DNA of 64,000 bases from Giardia intestinalis (Eukaryota): the NCBI GenBank assembly GCA_000002435.2, contig CM018793.1, one strand, 5' to 3'. The notes under the pieces are model-generated. The model was given only the letters and a program-made list of their open reading frames with translations, searched no databases and was not told the origin of the DNA. How positions within the stretch are numbered: the stretch's first letter is position 1; each line of letters opens with the position of its first letter. The position numbers were made by a program, and so were the translations under genes. Of the stretch, positions 1 through 8,947 are shown piece by piece.

Positions 1-331
1 TCATAGAGCTCAGAAAAGGTGTCGTCCATCACATTCCTCATATGATCTTGAATTTGAGGGGCAAGAAGATAGCCCTCTGCATACCCCATATAGTAGGCAC
101 GCTCCTCATCGGTATCATGTTCCGCCGTGCTTGCTGCAGAACGAAGTTGATAGTATCCTCCAACTGAATTGACGTCCGTTAGCTCGGAGTTAACTATAGC
201 ATTGGACGCAAAATTGTGGAGCAAGCTAACACCTCCCTGGTCATCGCGCACAATGGCCAGTCGTCTGGATGCGTGTGCAATGGTAACGAAGGATGTCAGG
301 ATGAGAAGCATTTAAAGTGTTTCACTTTTAA

Positions 332-1336
332 ATGCCAGTGGCAAAGCCTTTAATAAAGACTATCAAACTTTGGATGTCTGGTGGGTTCAGTTTCGGAGCT
401 CCCGCTCAAGCATCTTCCCAGCCACAAGGTAAAGCACCTGGATTCTCCTTTGGATCTGGCTTTGGCCCCGCGCAGTCAACGCAGTTAACCCAACAGCCAC
501 AGCAGTCACAGCCTGCCCCATCATTCACGTTCGGTGCATCATCCACAAGTGCACCAACCTCAGCCAACACTGGAACTACTGGCTTTGGATTCAGCTTCGC
601 GGCTAAGCCGCAGGTCTCAGGGGCTGGAGGCATCGGCCAGACAACTTCTTCCGTAGCTCCCACAACAACGGCGCCAACTACAGCATCTGCTCCTGCTCCC
701 TTTTCATTTGGGGCACCTGCTGCTCAGTCTTCACAACCTGCACAGCCCACACAACAACCACCGCCGTCAACAGCACCAGCAACCACTGCACCTTTTGCAT
801 TTGGCAAGCCGTCCGAGCCTGTCACTGTTAATAAGGCAAAGGAAGATCAGCCGTCAATAGCTAGTGGAACACAACCAGTCATGGATGCCCGGCTCGTTGA
901 ACTGGAGGGCAAAAAGGTCTCAGGTATTCTTGATAACTTGTATAGTGTTCTTTTAAAAGATTTAGGTACAGCTAACAAGCATTCTGCCGCATTGATAGCT
1001 TGCGAGAAAGACATTGAGCTTCTCGAGGAGACCATGAAACAGTTTTCCTCGAAGCTCACATATATTCAGCAAAAACAGTCTGCTACAGAAGAATCACTGC
1101 GAAAGCTATATGAGCTGCAATGTGATGTCCTTGATATTGTAAAGAAAATGGAAGATTATTCGCAGTACACTGCGCACCCCTTAACCCACGCCATCAATAC
1201 CGTGGAGAGTAATCTTCTGACCCTGGAACAGAAAATCTTGTCATCAAGCGTTATCGATAGAGAAGTACTAGAAGTGTATCAAGGTCTCCAGAGGCAGATT
1301 TCTCTTATAGCTATGCTCGAGGCGGAAGCGCAGTAA
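332..1336 (+). CDS. FG-repeat protein with C-terminal coiled coil; candidate Nup62/Nsp1-type central-channel nucleoporin
   Basis: ATG at 332 preceded by the AT-rich initiator 'tttaaagtgtttcacttttaaATG'. The N-terminal 160 aa or so carry six or more FxFG/FG repeats (GFSFG, FSFGSGFG, FTFG, FGFSF, FSFG, FAFG) set in S/T/P/Q/A-rich spacers. The C-terminal 170 aa or so has a heptad-like coiled-coil character (LVELEGKK...LEQKIL...). The antisense ORF 406..663 is a low-complexity artefact. Confidence 0.5.
   Translation: MPVAKPLIKTIKLWMSGGFSFGAPAQASSQPQGKAPGFSFGSGFGPAQSTQLTQQPQQSQPAPSFTFGASSTSAPTSANTGTTGFGFSFAAKPQVSGAGGIGQTTSSVAPTTTAPTTASAPAPFSFGAPAAQSSQPAQPTQQPPPSTAPATTAPFAFGKPSEPVTVNKAKEDQPSIASGTQPVMDARLVELEGKKVSGILDNLYSVLLKDLGTANKHSAALIACEKDIELLEETMKQFSSKLTYIQQKQSATEESLRKLYELQCDVLDIVKKMEDYSQYTAHPLTHAINTVESNLLTLEQKILSSSVIDREVLEVYQGLQRQISLIAMLEAEAQ
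377..830 (+). repeat. FG/FxFG repeat-encoding low-complexity region (protein-level repeat)
   Basis: Repeated ggnttnagnttngg-type FG codon blocks sit within S/T/A/P/Q-rich coding sequence. This region generates the spurious antisense ORF 406..663. Confidence 0.55.
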
Positions 1337-1344
1337 CTGAGTCA

Positions 1345-4300
1345 CTACTCTCCTACTGTGTGTCCTGGGCGTATGTGCCACTTTTTAAGCATTGAAATAA
1401 AGCGAGAGTTACCAATTTCAGAAGCCATGGATAGAGCTGTTTGTCCGCTACAGTTCCGCATTCCCAGCTCCTTATCTACTAACAGCAGCGCAGTTTCATA
1501 TGCATTATATTGCACACAGTACATGAGAGCGGTCATTCCTCGGTCATCTTTCATTCCACTCTCATGGGGGACAAGAGCTCTGGATAGTGCTGTATCTCCC
1601 AAGGCTATGGCGTGCATAAGGGCCGTTGCCCCCACGGCATCGCGGGCCCCACAGCCTAGAGGAATACATAATTGTGCAAATGGGAGTTTGTTGGCCTTGA
1701 TGGCATATATGAGAGACGAGTCGCAACCAGGACACCAGACGTTTGCCTCAAACGCTAGAATCTCAGCGCACTTGTAGTGTCCTGATTCTATGGCGACGAT
1801 GAGCCCGGTTTTTCCTTCCTTGGAGAGTATTTTGCCCTCGTGTGTAGATAGGTGCCTTACACCACCCACGTTCCCCACCTCCGCAGCAATCATAAGGGCT
1901 GTGATGCCTGTTTCTGTGACCGTCATTCCATATTCTTCAGAGAGAAGTGGGATGGAGGAGTTAAACGAGAGGAATGCGGCATACATCAAGGCAGTCCACC
2001 CTCTAGAGTCCTTATGACGCACTTGGTGTAAATGCTTTTTTACCTCGACTATGCTTTTCTTTTTGATAGAGTTGATTAGACCTAGCTCGCTATCACGGAG
2101 CATCGTGCTATGGGACATATTAAGTTGTGAAAGCTGCCTGACTGCATCGGGATCGTTTGCTGCAAATGGACCGGAAACAATAAGATTTGAAGAGGCTCCT
2201 AAACTGCTTTGATAACCAAAAAGGCCAGACGAGTGGGCTGATTGCCGAAGAACTTGTTGAGACGCCAAAGATGGAGATACTTGCCGAGAATTTCGCAAGA
2301 TCTGAGCGAGTCCTTTGTCATGTGTTGACCGAGCGCTTAGTGGCATTGCGCATACGCGCTCAATGCGAACCAGATCTTCCTTAGAAACGCAGTCTTTAAG
2401 CTTAGCCCAGTGGAGCTCTCCGAGTGCATCCCTAGCCGAGTCGATCAGATCAAGAGCCAGCTGTTTCATTCCCTTGCGCATAACATATTCTAGCGGAAAC
2501 ATGCCGTCTCTGCCTCTAATCATAAGTTCATACGGAGCCAGAAGCATCGCTATCTTAAGCATCCCCATTTCCAGAGCCACGGAGAGTGCAGTGGCCCCGT
2601 TCTTCTCACGCTTACCAGCATGCTCAGGTATAAGCTGAAGAATTTCTCTGGTAGGGTCATTATTCTTGACTGCGGCAATTAGAGGAGAACCTGTGTTTCG
2701 ATACAAAAGCTCTGGATGGCAAGACGTTGGTCTTTTCCGCTGCTTGATTGGTGTGCATTCGTTTGTCTCCTTTGTATCAGGCTGAGTCGTCGACAGTAAC
2801 AGAGTGCTTGCTACACTGGGAACAGCGTATTGATTAAATGTATCAACAGCAGACGCCTGCGAATTTAGAAGGATGCTCTGATTGCGTTGAAAGTCTTCCG
2901 CTAGAATAAGAATATTGACGATATCTCTGTTATTTAAACTTCGGGCTAAATCTATGGGAAGTAGATTTTGTGGACCGTGGATGCGGGATTCAAACCGAGC
3001 TAGAATGCGCACAAAGGATCGACGATTTAACCTTATAGCATGAGTTAGAGCGGTATTGGAAGAGGAATCGATGCAGCCACATTGAGACGGAGTGTACTTT
3101 TCAACACCACTTGGCAGATTATAAATCACGGATAGAATCAAACCTGTCTTCTTATCAGCGCCCACTAATAGCACCCCAGATGTTACTACGGCTTCTACTA
3201 GCTCTGTCATATTCTGGATGAGGGCGAACTCAAAGGCTTGAGTTGAAAGCAATATATTTGAGGTCAATTTCTGATGAAAAGCTTGTAGAGAAGACATGGT
3301 CTCTTCCAACTCCTTCACTAAAACAACAGCCTCATCAGATAGGAAAGCCTGCACTTGGTCGTTTTTATTTGTTACCTGCTTAATTCCCTCCGCAGAGTTG
3401 CATGCAGGGAGACTGTCATTAAGAGAAATATTAGAGACATCTAACGTTCCGCTTAAGCTACTATCCTCTCGAAGATTCTCTGCCTGACGATAGACCGGCT
3501 CAATCTTTTCGCTCCGAGAGAGAATTATGTGAGACTGAGGCCTGGGACGAGACGCTATAGAAGATAGGCTGGCAGAAGCAGTCTTTGCCTGCATATGCTG
3601 GGCTGCCGCGGTACGTAAAGTCTGAGTTCTATCAACACTACATGGAGCCTTTCTCATCATAGAAGTTCCTGACAAAGGTCTTCTGGTCCTTTCTGGAGTG
3701 ACGGCCGTCGGGATTAGCTTGTTAGCTTGAAAATACTCATACTCAAATATTCGTTGAACAGATCTCTGCAAGTCCCTAAATGACCGCAAAGATGTAATCC
3801 GCCGCAAGTAGAGAACTGTCTGCTCGAGCTCTGTGCTATACGTTCCATTAGGTACATATGCCATTGCATATGCCAGGATACTTCCCAGCTGGTTCGCGTC
3901 GTGGCAGGCGGAGACCGGTGCTTCTGGGTACATATCGTATCCTGTAGTGTGTTCCTTCCGAAATCTAAGTTGTCGAGCCATGGAGTGGATGTCACCGAAT
4001 GCGTAATCCGCGATCAAGATGGTGTCCCCAGTCACTGACGCCACAACATTTTCGAGAGAGAGGTGACCATGTATGTAGTGTCCCCCATTAATAGCCTCCA
4101 GAACAACAAGGCCTTCTATGATTCCTTTGCAGATCCTTCGCAGAAAGAGGTCTGGTGGCGCCTTCTGATGTGTCGCGGCCACTCGCAGAATATCTGCCAA
4201 AGAGCGGGAATTGTCGTACTTATACCCCAGCTTAATGGATCTCTGCGGTGACTCAGCATTATCTAGATGTATAACATCGTATGAGATAACTTGGGGCACT

Positions 4301-4458
4301 CTTATGGGAGCAATACTTCGCACCTGCTGGATGAACAGGGACACCATCTGCGGGGGCAAGTCTCGCAAAATAACGCGTCTAAAAATCTGCCGACTCTGTG
4401 TTGCTGCACTAGATGTTGCATAGATGCAGCTAATCCGGTCAGATGCGTACTCTTTCAT
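1345..4458 (-). CDS. NEK-like pseudokinase with C-terminal ankyrin ('TALM') repeats, a Giardia NEK/21.1-type architecture
   Basis: The ORF track starts at a GTG (4485); the first in-frame ATG is at 4458 (MKEYASD...). The N-terminus has a kinase-like fold with degenerate catalytic motifs: 'HGHLSLENV' in place of HRDLKPEN and 'ADYAFGD' in place of DFG. The C-terminal third holds repeated ankyrin units with the G(M/W/A)TALM signature (GWTALMYAAF, GITALMIAAEVG, GATALMHAIALG, GMTALMYCVQYN, GQTALSMASEIG). Stop TAG at 1345-1347. Confidence 0.6.
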   Translation of the reverse strand: MKEYASDRISCIYATSSAATQSRQIFRRVILRDLPPQMVSLFIQQVRSIAPIRVPQVISYDVIHLDNAESPQRSIKLGYKYDNSRSLADILRVAATHQKAPPDLFLRRICKGIIEGLVVLEAINGGHYIHGHLSLENVVASVTGDTILIADYAFGDIHSMARQLRFRKEHTTGYDMYPEAPVSACHDANQLGSILAYAMAYVPNGTYSTELEQTVLYLRRITSLRSFRDLQRSVQRIFEYEYFQANKLIPTAVTPERTRRPLSGTSMMRKAPCSVDRTQTLRTAAAQHMQAKTASASLSSIASRPRPQSHIILSRSEKIEPVYRQAENLREDSSLSGTLDVSNISLNDSLPACNSAEGIKQVTNKNDQVQAFLSDEAVVLVKELEETMSSLQAFHQKLTSNILLSTQAFEFALIQNMTELVEAVVTSGVLLVGADKKTGLILSVIYNLPSGVEKYTPSQCGCIDSSSNTALTHAIRLNRRSFVRILARFESRIHGPQNLLPIDLARSLNNRDIVNILILAEDFQRNQSILLNSQASAVDTFNQYAVPSVASTLLLSTTQPDTKETNECTPIKQRKRPTSCHPELLYRNTGSPLIAAVKNNDPTREILQLIPEHAGKREKNGATALSVALEMGMLKIAMLLAPYELMIRGRDGMFPLEYVMRKGMKQLALDLIDSARDALGELHWAKLKDCVSKEDLVRIERVCAMPLSARSTHDKGLAQILRNSRQVSPSLASQQVLRQSAHSSGLFGYQSSLGASSNLIVSGPFAANDPDAVRQLSQLNMSHSTMLRDSELGLINSIKKKSIVEVKKHLHQVRHKDSRGWTALMYAAFLSFNSSIPLLSEEYGMTVTETGITALMIAAEVGNVGGVRHLSTHEGKILSKEGKTGLIVAIESGHYKCAEILAFEANVWCPGCDSSLIYAIKANKLPFAQLCIPLGCGARDAVGATALMHAIALGDTALSRALVPHESGMKDDRGMTALMYCVQYNAYETALLLVDKELGMRNCSGQTALSMASEIGNSRFISMLKKWHIRPGHTVGE

Positions 4459-4584
4459 TTGGGAATTTTGGCGACAGATGACCACGTGGGAAATTTAAAC
4501 TGCGAAGATGCGCACGGACTAACAGATGTTCATGCAATTCTCTATACTGAGGTCATTTACATTAGAGTCGGTTAGCCCAAAAAG

Positions 4585-7245
4585 ATGTCTAATAGCAATC
4601 TTGATTCATATTTGCGTTCTGCTCGTCATGCGCCTGTGCTGCATTGTCCTTTTAGCATATATTCGGAGCTGCAGCACTTAAAAGACTCTAGCGATCTTCC
4701 CTCATTCCTTTTACGTCCGCTGAGCTATAGCTTATCCCGCTTTAACTTATTTAGAAGCGCAGGGTCCATCTCATTTTCAGCCGCACTAGCTCCTGCAGCT
4801 CCCCATGAACACTATGCATATCCGTGTCTTGCCTCACTGGTCCAATTTCTAGGCTACAGGCCAGAGGACTGTAATGCATCCGTGGAACTCGAAAAGCCTC
4901 TGCAAAATCATGATGTCTGCACATATATAGCTTCACCTGACGAGCTGGCGTGCGCTCTATCACTCCTCGGCACCCAACACACCCATCCACCTGATCTTGA
5001 GAGCGATACCACGAGCGACAGTGAAGAGCTGTCTGATGATCAACAATCGCCCAACAGGTCTCGCCCCAGAACTCACGTCGAGCTCCATTTGCAACACCTC
5101 CGGAGGTCAATTCCGCGTCCAAAATCAACTAAGCATGCAAATCTTTACTTACTTCGGGCATCATCTAGGCCTACTGTCTGTCCGAATATCATTCTCGTCG
5201 AAGACAGTGGGGGTGCTGGACTTGCTGCACTTTTTCGATCGATATGTCATCGGGTAAGTGACGTTTATAGCAATCTGCCTGTCCACAGTATCTTTTCAAC
5301 CGTTTATTCGACAAGTATTGGAGAAAAGCAGTGCTTAACAATGGCGCATAGAGGCTTGCAGATGCAATGTTGTAACGACGGTGCTACTAGTGACCTTGCT
5401 ACTGAACGTGTGCTCTTCACAGTCCAAGAATCAAAGAGAATCATGCGCTTATTCAATCGCAAAGAGCGCCAGAAAGACGGGACCTGGACAAAGAGACCCC
5501 GCAAACCCTTAGTATCTCCATCAGAGTCTATAACACAGGCTCTTTTGCGTGCCAAGGCTGCTGCTCAAACAAATAGCAAAGATGAAGATAAAGAGACATA
5601 CCAATTCTCCTCTTCTCTCTCCCCCTCTTCTTCTGAGTCCTCCCTTACTGCGCAACACAAACATAAAATTACATCCTATTTTAGCTATTTGTCAGGCTAC
5701 CCCACCCTTGCATGGCCCCCCGTAACAGTCATTGACTTTAGTCCCATTCAATACAACATCTCTACGTTTGATATGTGCAGCGAGATAAGCTTCAGCCTAG
5801 GTACGGTCCATAAGGAAGCAGGGACAAAGGCGGCTAAGCGGCCAATTCTCGTGGGCTATAGCAGACACCGCTTTAGCTACAGACGACAACTTTTTCGTGC
5901 GCAACTTTTTTATCATATGCTATCTAATTCCTCAAGCTACAAATTGGAAAGTGACAAGTATTACTATAATAGTCTAAATGATTGCATGGACCTACACGTA
6001 GAACAGGCAGTAGTTGAGAAGAGAAAAGGCCAGTTTCGTCCATTATCGGTTCAGGAAGTGCTCTGCGGGATAACTGGAGAGAGTAGATCCCTGGATGAAG
6101 TGGTGCAAAAGATCAGCGAGCCTGCTGATATCATCCCTCCCAAAAAAGTACCAGAGACGAAAAGAACCCAGAAGAAAAATGCAAAATCTAGTAGCAAGCA
6201 TTCTATCTTAGATCAAATGGTAAAGGTATCTCAGAAGCCATCAGAGGCAATAGACTGTGAGGTCGGCGAACCACTAAGAAAGCAGCTACCTTCATCCACC
6301 GTCCTAGACGCAGACTCTTTTATTAAGCTATTTAACAAAACATCAGACAGTAACATAAGCTCAATGCAGCACCTCGGAAGGGACGCACCTGTGCCGACCT
6401 TCATTAACGGTCGAGGCCGGGCGCAACATGAATACTCGCTCATTAATGAGTACTCAGCAGATGATCGGGAGGACATCTCTTTTATTAGTGTGCCGTTGTG
6501 TGAGATTGCTCCATTTAATTGTAGCCACTTATTTATGCTCAAAGATGTGGCTTCAGACATAGCCAAGTATAAAGCGCTTGCTTGTGAGGCACTTGTCTTA
6601 GCATGCTATGACACCGCCAGCTGGCAGGCGTCTAAGCATACGCTATCTCTGCGTCCAGACATACGCCAGCTTTCCAACCTTATACACTTTTGGGGAGATG
6701 CAGCGAGTATGCCCCTGGTGGCTAAGCGAAAACAGGGTGCTGCCTGGCCAGATCACACGTATGCAGACGTTATAGAAATATGTTCGTCTCTTTGTGGCGG
6801 GTTCCTCATTCTGTCGGGGTCATCTCACTTGTCACTGCATCAAGCATCTACTGGGCAGGCTAGTTGCACGATTGAAATAAGTCATATCGTGAATAGTGAA
6901 AGGATTCAGTCAGCCGTTCGCTATGTTCTGTTGTCGCAGAAAGGGTCTCGAAAGCGATACAGAGTAGACTTTGTACCGGAGACGTGTCCAGCACTTCCCG
7001 TAACAGAGAAGTACATATCGTATCTGGAACGTGCAGATCATCAAGATACCATACAATACAATATATCACTCAACATGGACCAGAAAGGCATATGGGGTGA
7101 TATTCTGTTGGCTAGTGGCGAGATCATGACCAGAAGAATGGTAGACATGGTACACATGGCGCTCCCGATGGTCGACTACGGGGCACCAAGCAGCGTACTT
7201 CAAGGTTTGAATGTCTTAAAAAAATGGTCTTATTTGTTGCTTTGA
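4585..7245 (+). CDS. hypothetical protein (886 aa); no family recognised
   Basis: Long uninterrupted ORF with ATG at 4585, divergent from the 4458 gene with a 126-bp spacer. Codon usage matches the neighbouring genes. The antisense ORFs are short. Confidence 0.45.
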   Translation: MSNSNLDSYLRSARHAPVLHCPFSIYSELQHLKDSSDLPSFLLRPLSYSLSRFNLFRSAGSISFSAALAPAAPHEHYAYPCLASLVQFLGYRPEDCNASVELEKPLQNHDVCTYIASPDELACALSLLGTQHTHPPDLESDTTSDSEELSDDQQSPNRSRPRTHVELHLQHLRRSIPRPKSTKHANLYLLRASSRPTVCPNIILVEDSGGAGLAALFRSICHRVSDVYSNLPVHSIFSTVYSTSIGEKQCLTMAHRGLQMQCCNDGATSDLATERVLFTVQESKRIMRLFNRKERQKDGTWTKRPRKPLVSPSESITQALLRAKAAAQTNSKDEDKETYQFSSSLSPSSSESSLTAQHKHKITSYFSYLSGYPTLAWPPVTVIDFSPIQYNISTFDMCSEISFSLGTVHKEAGTKAAKRPILVGYSRHRFSYRRQLFRAQLFYHMLSNSSSYKLESDKYYYNSLNDCMDLHVEQAVVEKRKGQFRPLSVQEVLCGITGESRSLDEVVQKISEPADIIPPKKVPETKRTQKKNAKSSSKHSILDQMVKVSQKPSEAIDCEVGEPLRKQLPSSTVLDADSFIKLFNKTSDSNISSMQHLGRDAPVPTFINGRGRAQHEYSLINEYSADDREDISFISVPLCEIAPFNCSHLFMLKDVASDIAKYKALACEALVLACYDTASWQASKHTLSLRPDIRQLSNLIHFWGDAASMPLVAKRKQGAAWPDHTYADVIEICSSLCGGFLILSGSSHLSLHQASTGQASCTIEISHIVNSERIQSAVRYVLLSQKGSRKRYRVDFVPETCPALPVTEKYISYLERADHQDTIQYNISLNMDQKGIWGDILLASGEIMTRRMVDMVHMALPMVDYGAPSSVLQGLNVLKKWSYLLL

Positions 7246-8426
7246 TCTGCACGGGACTCAGCCTTGAACTCAAGCGTGTCCAAGTTGTAACGCGTCACGG
7301 GGCCAGGACAACTTTAAACCCATTTCCGGCTGAGACAGAGGACTGGATCTGCGATGGAATCGGAACCATTGCCTTTTCCACTCTGCAGGCAGGGTCCACA
7401 GCACATACAAAGCATTTCTTGGCTGTATATAACACACCGCATCCCACTCTTAAGGGTGGTTCGTGCATTCAGGGCATACTCACGAGGGAGGGTCGACTTC
7501 AGCATGAGCAATTGGGCAAGGCTTTTCGACAAAAGTACGGCGACTTCTTTCCCCGCAGGTTTGTGCAGGAGGCATTTTATATTCGATCTACCAACTATGA
7601 AAGAACAAAGCAATCCGCTATGAGCTTCTTAATAGGCATGTATCCAGAGCTGGGCCAAGGGTCTTATCACGATGGTCACCAGATAACTATGCCGGCTATT
7701 CACATAGCGGAGACAGATGACTGGTTGGAACTTATGGACTGTCCGTCAATGGATAAGGCCAAGAAGTATTTTTCCAGAGATCCGGACTATGTGCAGTTGC
7801 TGGAGCTTCATCAAGAGTCGCAACAGCGCTTGAGTAGGCTTGCTGGATTTAATGAAACAGTGGGCTGGGGCGTTCTCCGTGACAATCTTATTGCTCGCAC
7901 AACCATGGGCATTCCCCTGATGAAGGGCTTTACAGAGGTTGACGTCGAAGAGTCTCGCGAACTGCACGACGCTAAGTACAGGCTTGTGTACTGCCGCTCT
8001 GATCTGGAGGAAAGGAAGAAGTATCTCCGTCCTGCCATCGGGAGGCTCTTGAAGCTCTTGACCACTGAAATGAGCGACGAGCAGAGGGTGGAGAAACTCC
8101 TGCTGTACTCGGCACACGATACCACCCTGGCTCCGTTGATGGGTGCCCTTACCGACCCAAGCAAGTACGATTGTGCCCAGCCAGATTATGCATCATCAGT
8201 GACTTTTGAGCTTTATCAGCATGAAAATGACCGATACGTACGTCTCCTCTATAATAGCAAACCATTTGTCCCGCCCTTCTGTGCCTCGATTACAATAGGC
8301 GATATCGACAGCTTATGTCTGTTCGACGATTATGTTGCAGGCGTTTCCGAGTTCTACAGTATAGACTTTGAGGAGGAGTGCTACCACACTCAGTGGCCTG
8401 ACGCTCAGGAGATCAAAGCGAACTGA
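7224..8426 (+). CDS. histidine acid phosphatase (lysosomal/prostatic acid phosphatase family), secreted or lumenal
   Basis: N-terminal signal peptide MVLFVALICTGLS. Contains the RHG motif 'VTRHGARTT' and the second catalytic motif 'LLYSAHDTTLAPLMGAL', which matches the YSAHDTT signature of the LAP/PAP family. Initiator 'cttaaaaaaATG'. The first 22 nt overlap the 3' end of the upstream gene. Confidence 0.75.
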   Translation: MVLFVALICTGLSLELKRVQVVTRHGARTTLNPFPAETEDWICDGIGTIAFSTLQAGSTAHTKHFLAVYNTPHPTLKGGSCIQGILTREGRLQHEQLGKAFRQKYGDFFPRRFVQEAFYIRSTNYERTKQSAMSFLIGMYPELGQGSYHDGHQITMPAIHIAETDDWLELMDCPSMDKAKKYFSRDPDYVQLLELHQESQQRLSRLAGFNETVGWGVLRDNLIARTTMGIPLMKGFTEVDVEESRELHDAKYRLVYCRSDLEERKKYLRPAIGRLLKLLTTEMSDEQRVEKLLLYSAHDTTLAPLMGALTDPSKYDCAQPDYASSVTFELYQHENDRYVRLLYNSKPFVPPFCASITIGDIDSLCLFDDYVAGVSEFYSIDFEEECYHTQWPDAQEIKAN

Positions 8427-8516
8427 GGATTACGGATCAACACTGGTATCTTTCAATCAAATCTGAGAAAAAAATCTGAAAAATTTAAAAAATAAAGCTC
8501 GGAAAGAAGGAAGCAG

Positions 8517-8921
8517 ATGGGAAATCCACGCATCGCAGCAGAGCAGTATCTCAAGAAGTACAACATCCCAGACCTTTTTGACTATCTCCTTTCCCAGATA
8601 GTCATCAACCTGCCGGAGGATCCATGGACCCATCTGTCCGAGATATGCGAAAAGCTTGACAGCCGCTCTTTCCAAGACAACATTCCCTTCTTCACGCGGG
8701 ACGAGATCAATATTGTATTCAGCAATTATGAGGTCTTAAACAGGGGTTACATCACAGGCGCCCAGGCAAAGCAGGCACTGAAGACAATGGGCCTTAAGCC
8801 GCGAATAGTAGATGATTTATTCATTGACGACGACGCCAATCTCTCTCGAGAGGAGTTCAGTCAGTATGCCGTCAACGGATTCAACAAGAGGTTGAACTCG
8901 TGGCTGGGGAAGTACCCATGA
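8517..8921 (+). CDS. small DPY-30/RIIa-like dimerisation-docking domain protein (possibly axoneme-associated)
   Basis: Residues 8-45 or so, 'AEQYLKKYNIPDLFDYLLSQIVINLPEDPWTHLSEI', fit the DPY-30 motif (YLxxxVxPxLxxGL...P.DP..FL). ATG preceded by 'aaaaaataaagctcggaaagaaggaagcagATG'. Confidence 0.45.
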   Translation: MGNPRIAAEQYLKKYNIPDLFDYLLSQIVINLPEDPWTHLSEICEKLDSRSFQDNIPFFTRDEINIVFSNYEVLNRGYITGAQAKQALKTMGLKPRIVDDLFIDDDANLSREEFSQYAVNGFNKRLNSWLGKYP

Positions 8922-8947
8922 GGTCGGGGCAGGCCTTCAGCCATCCA

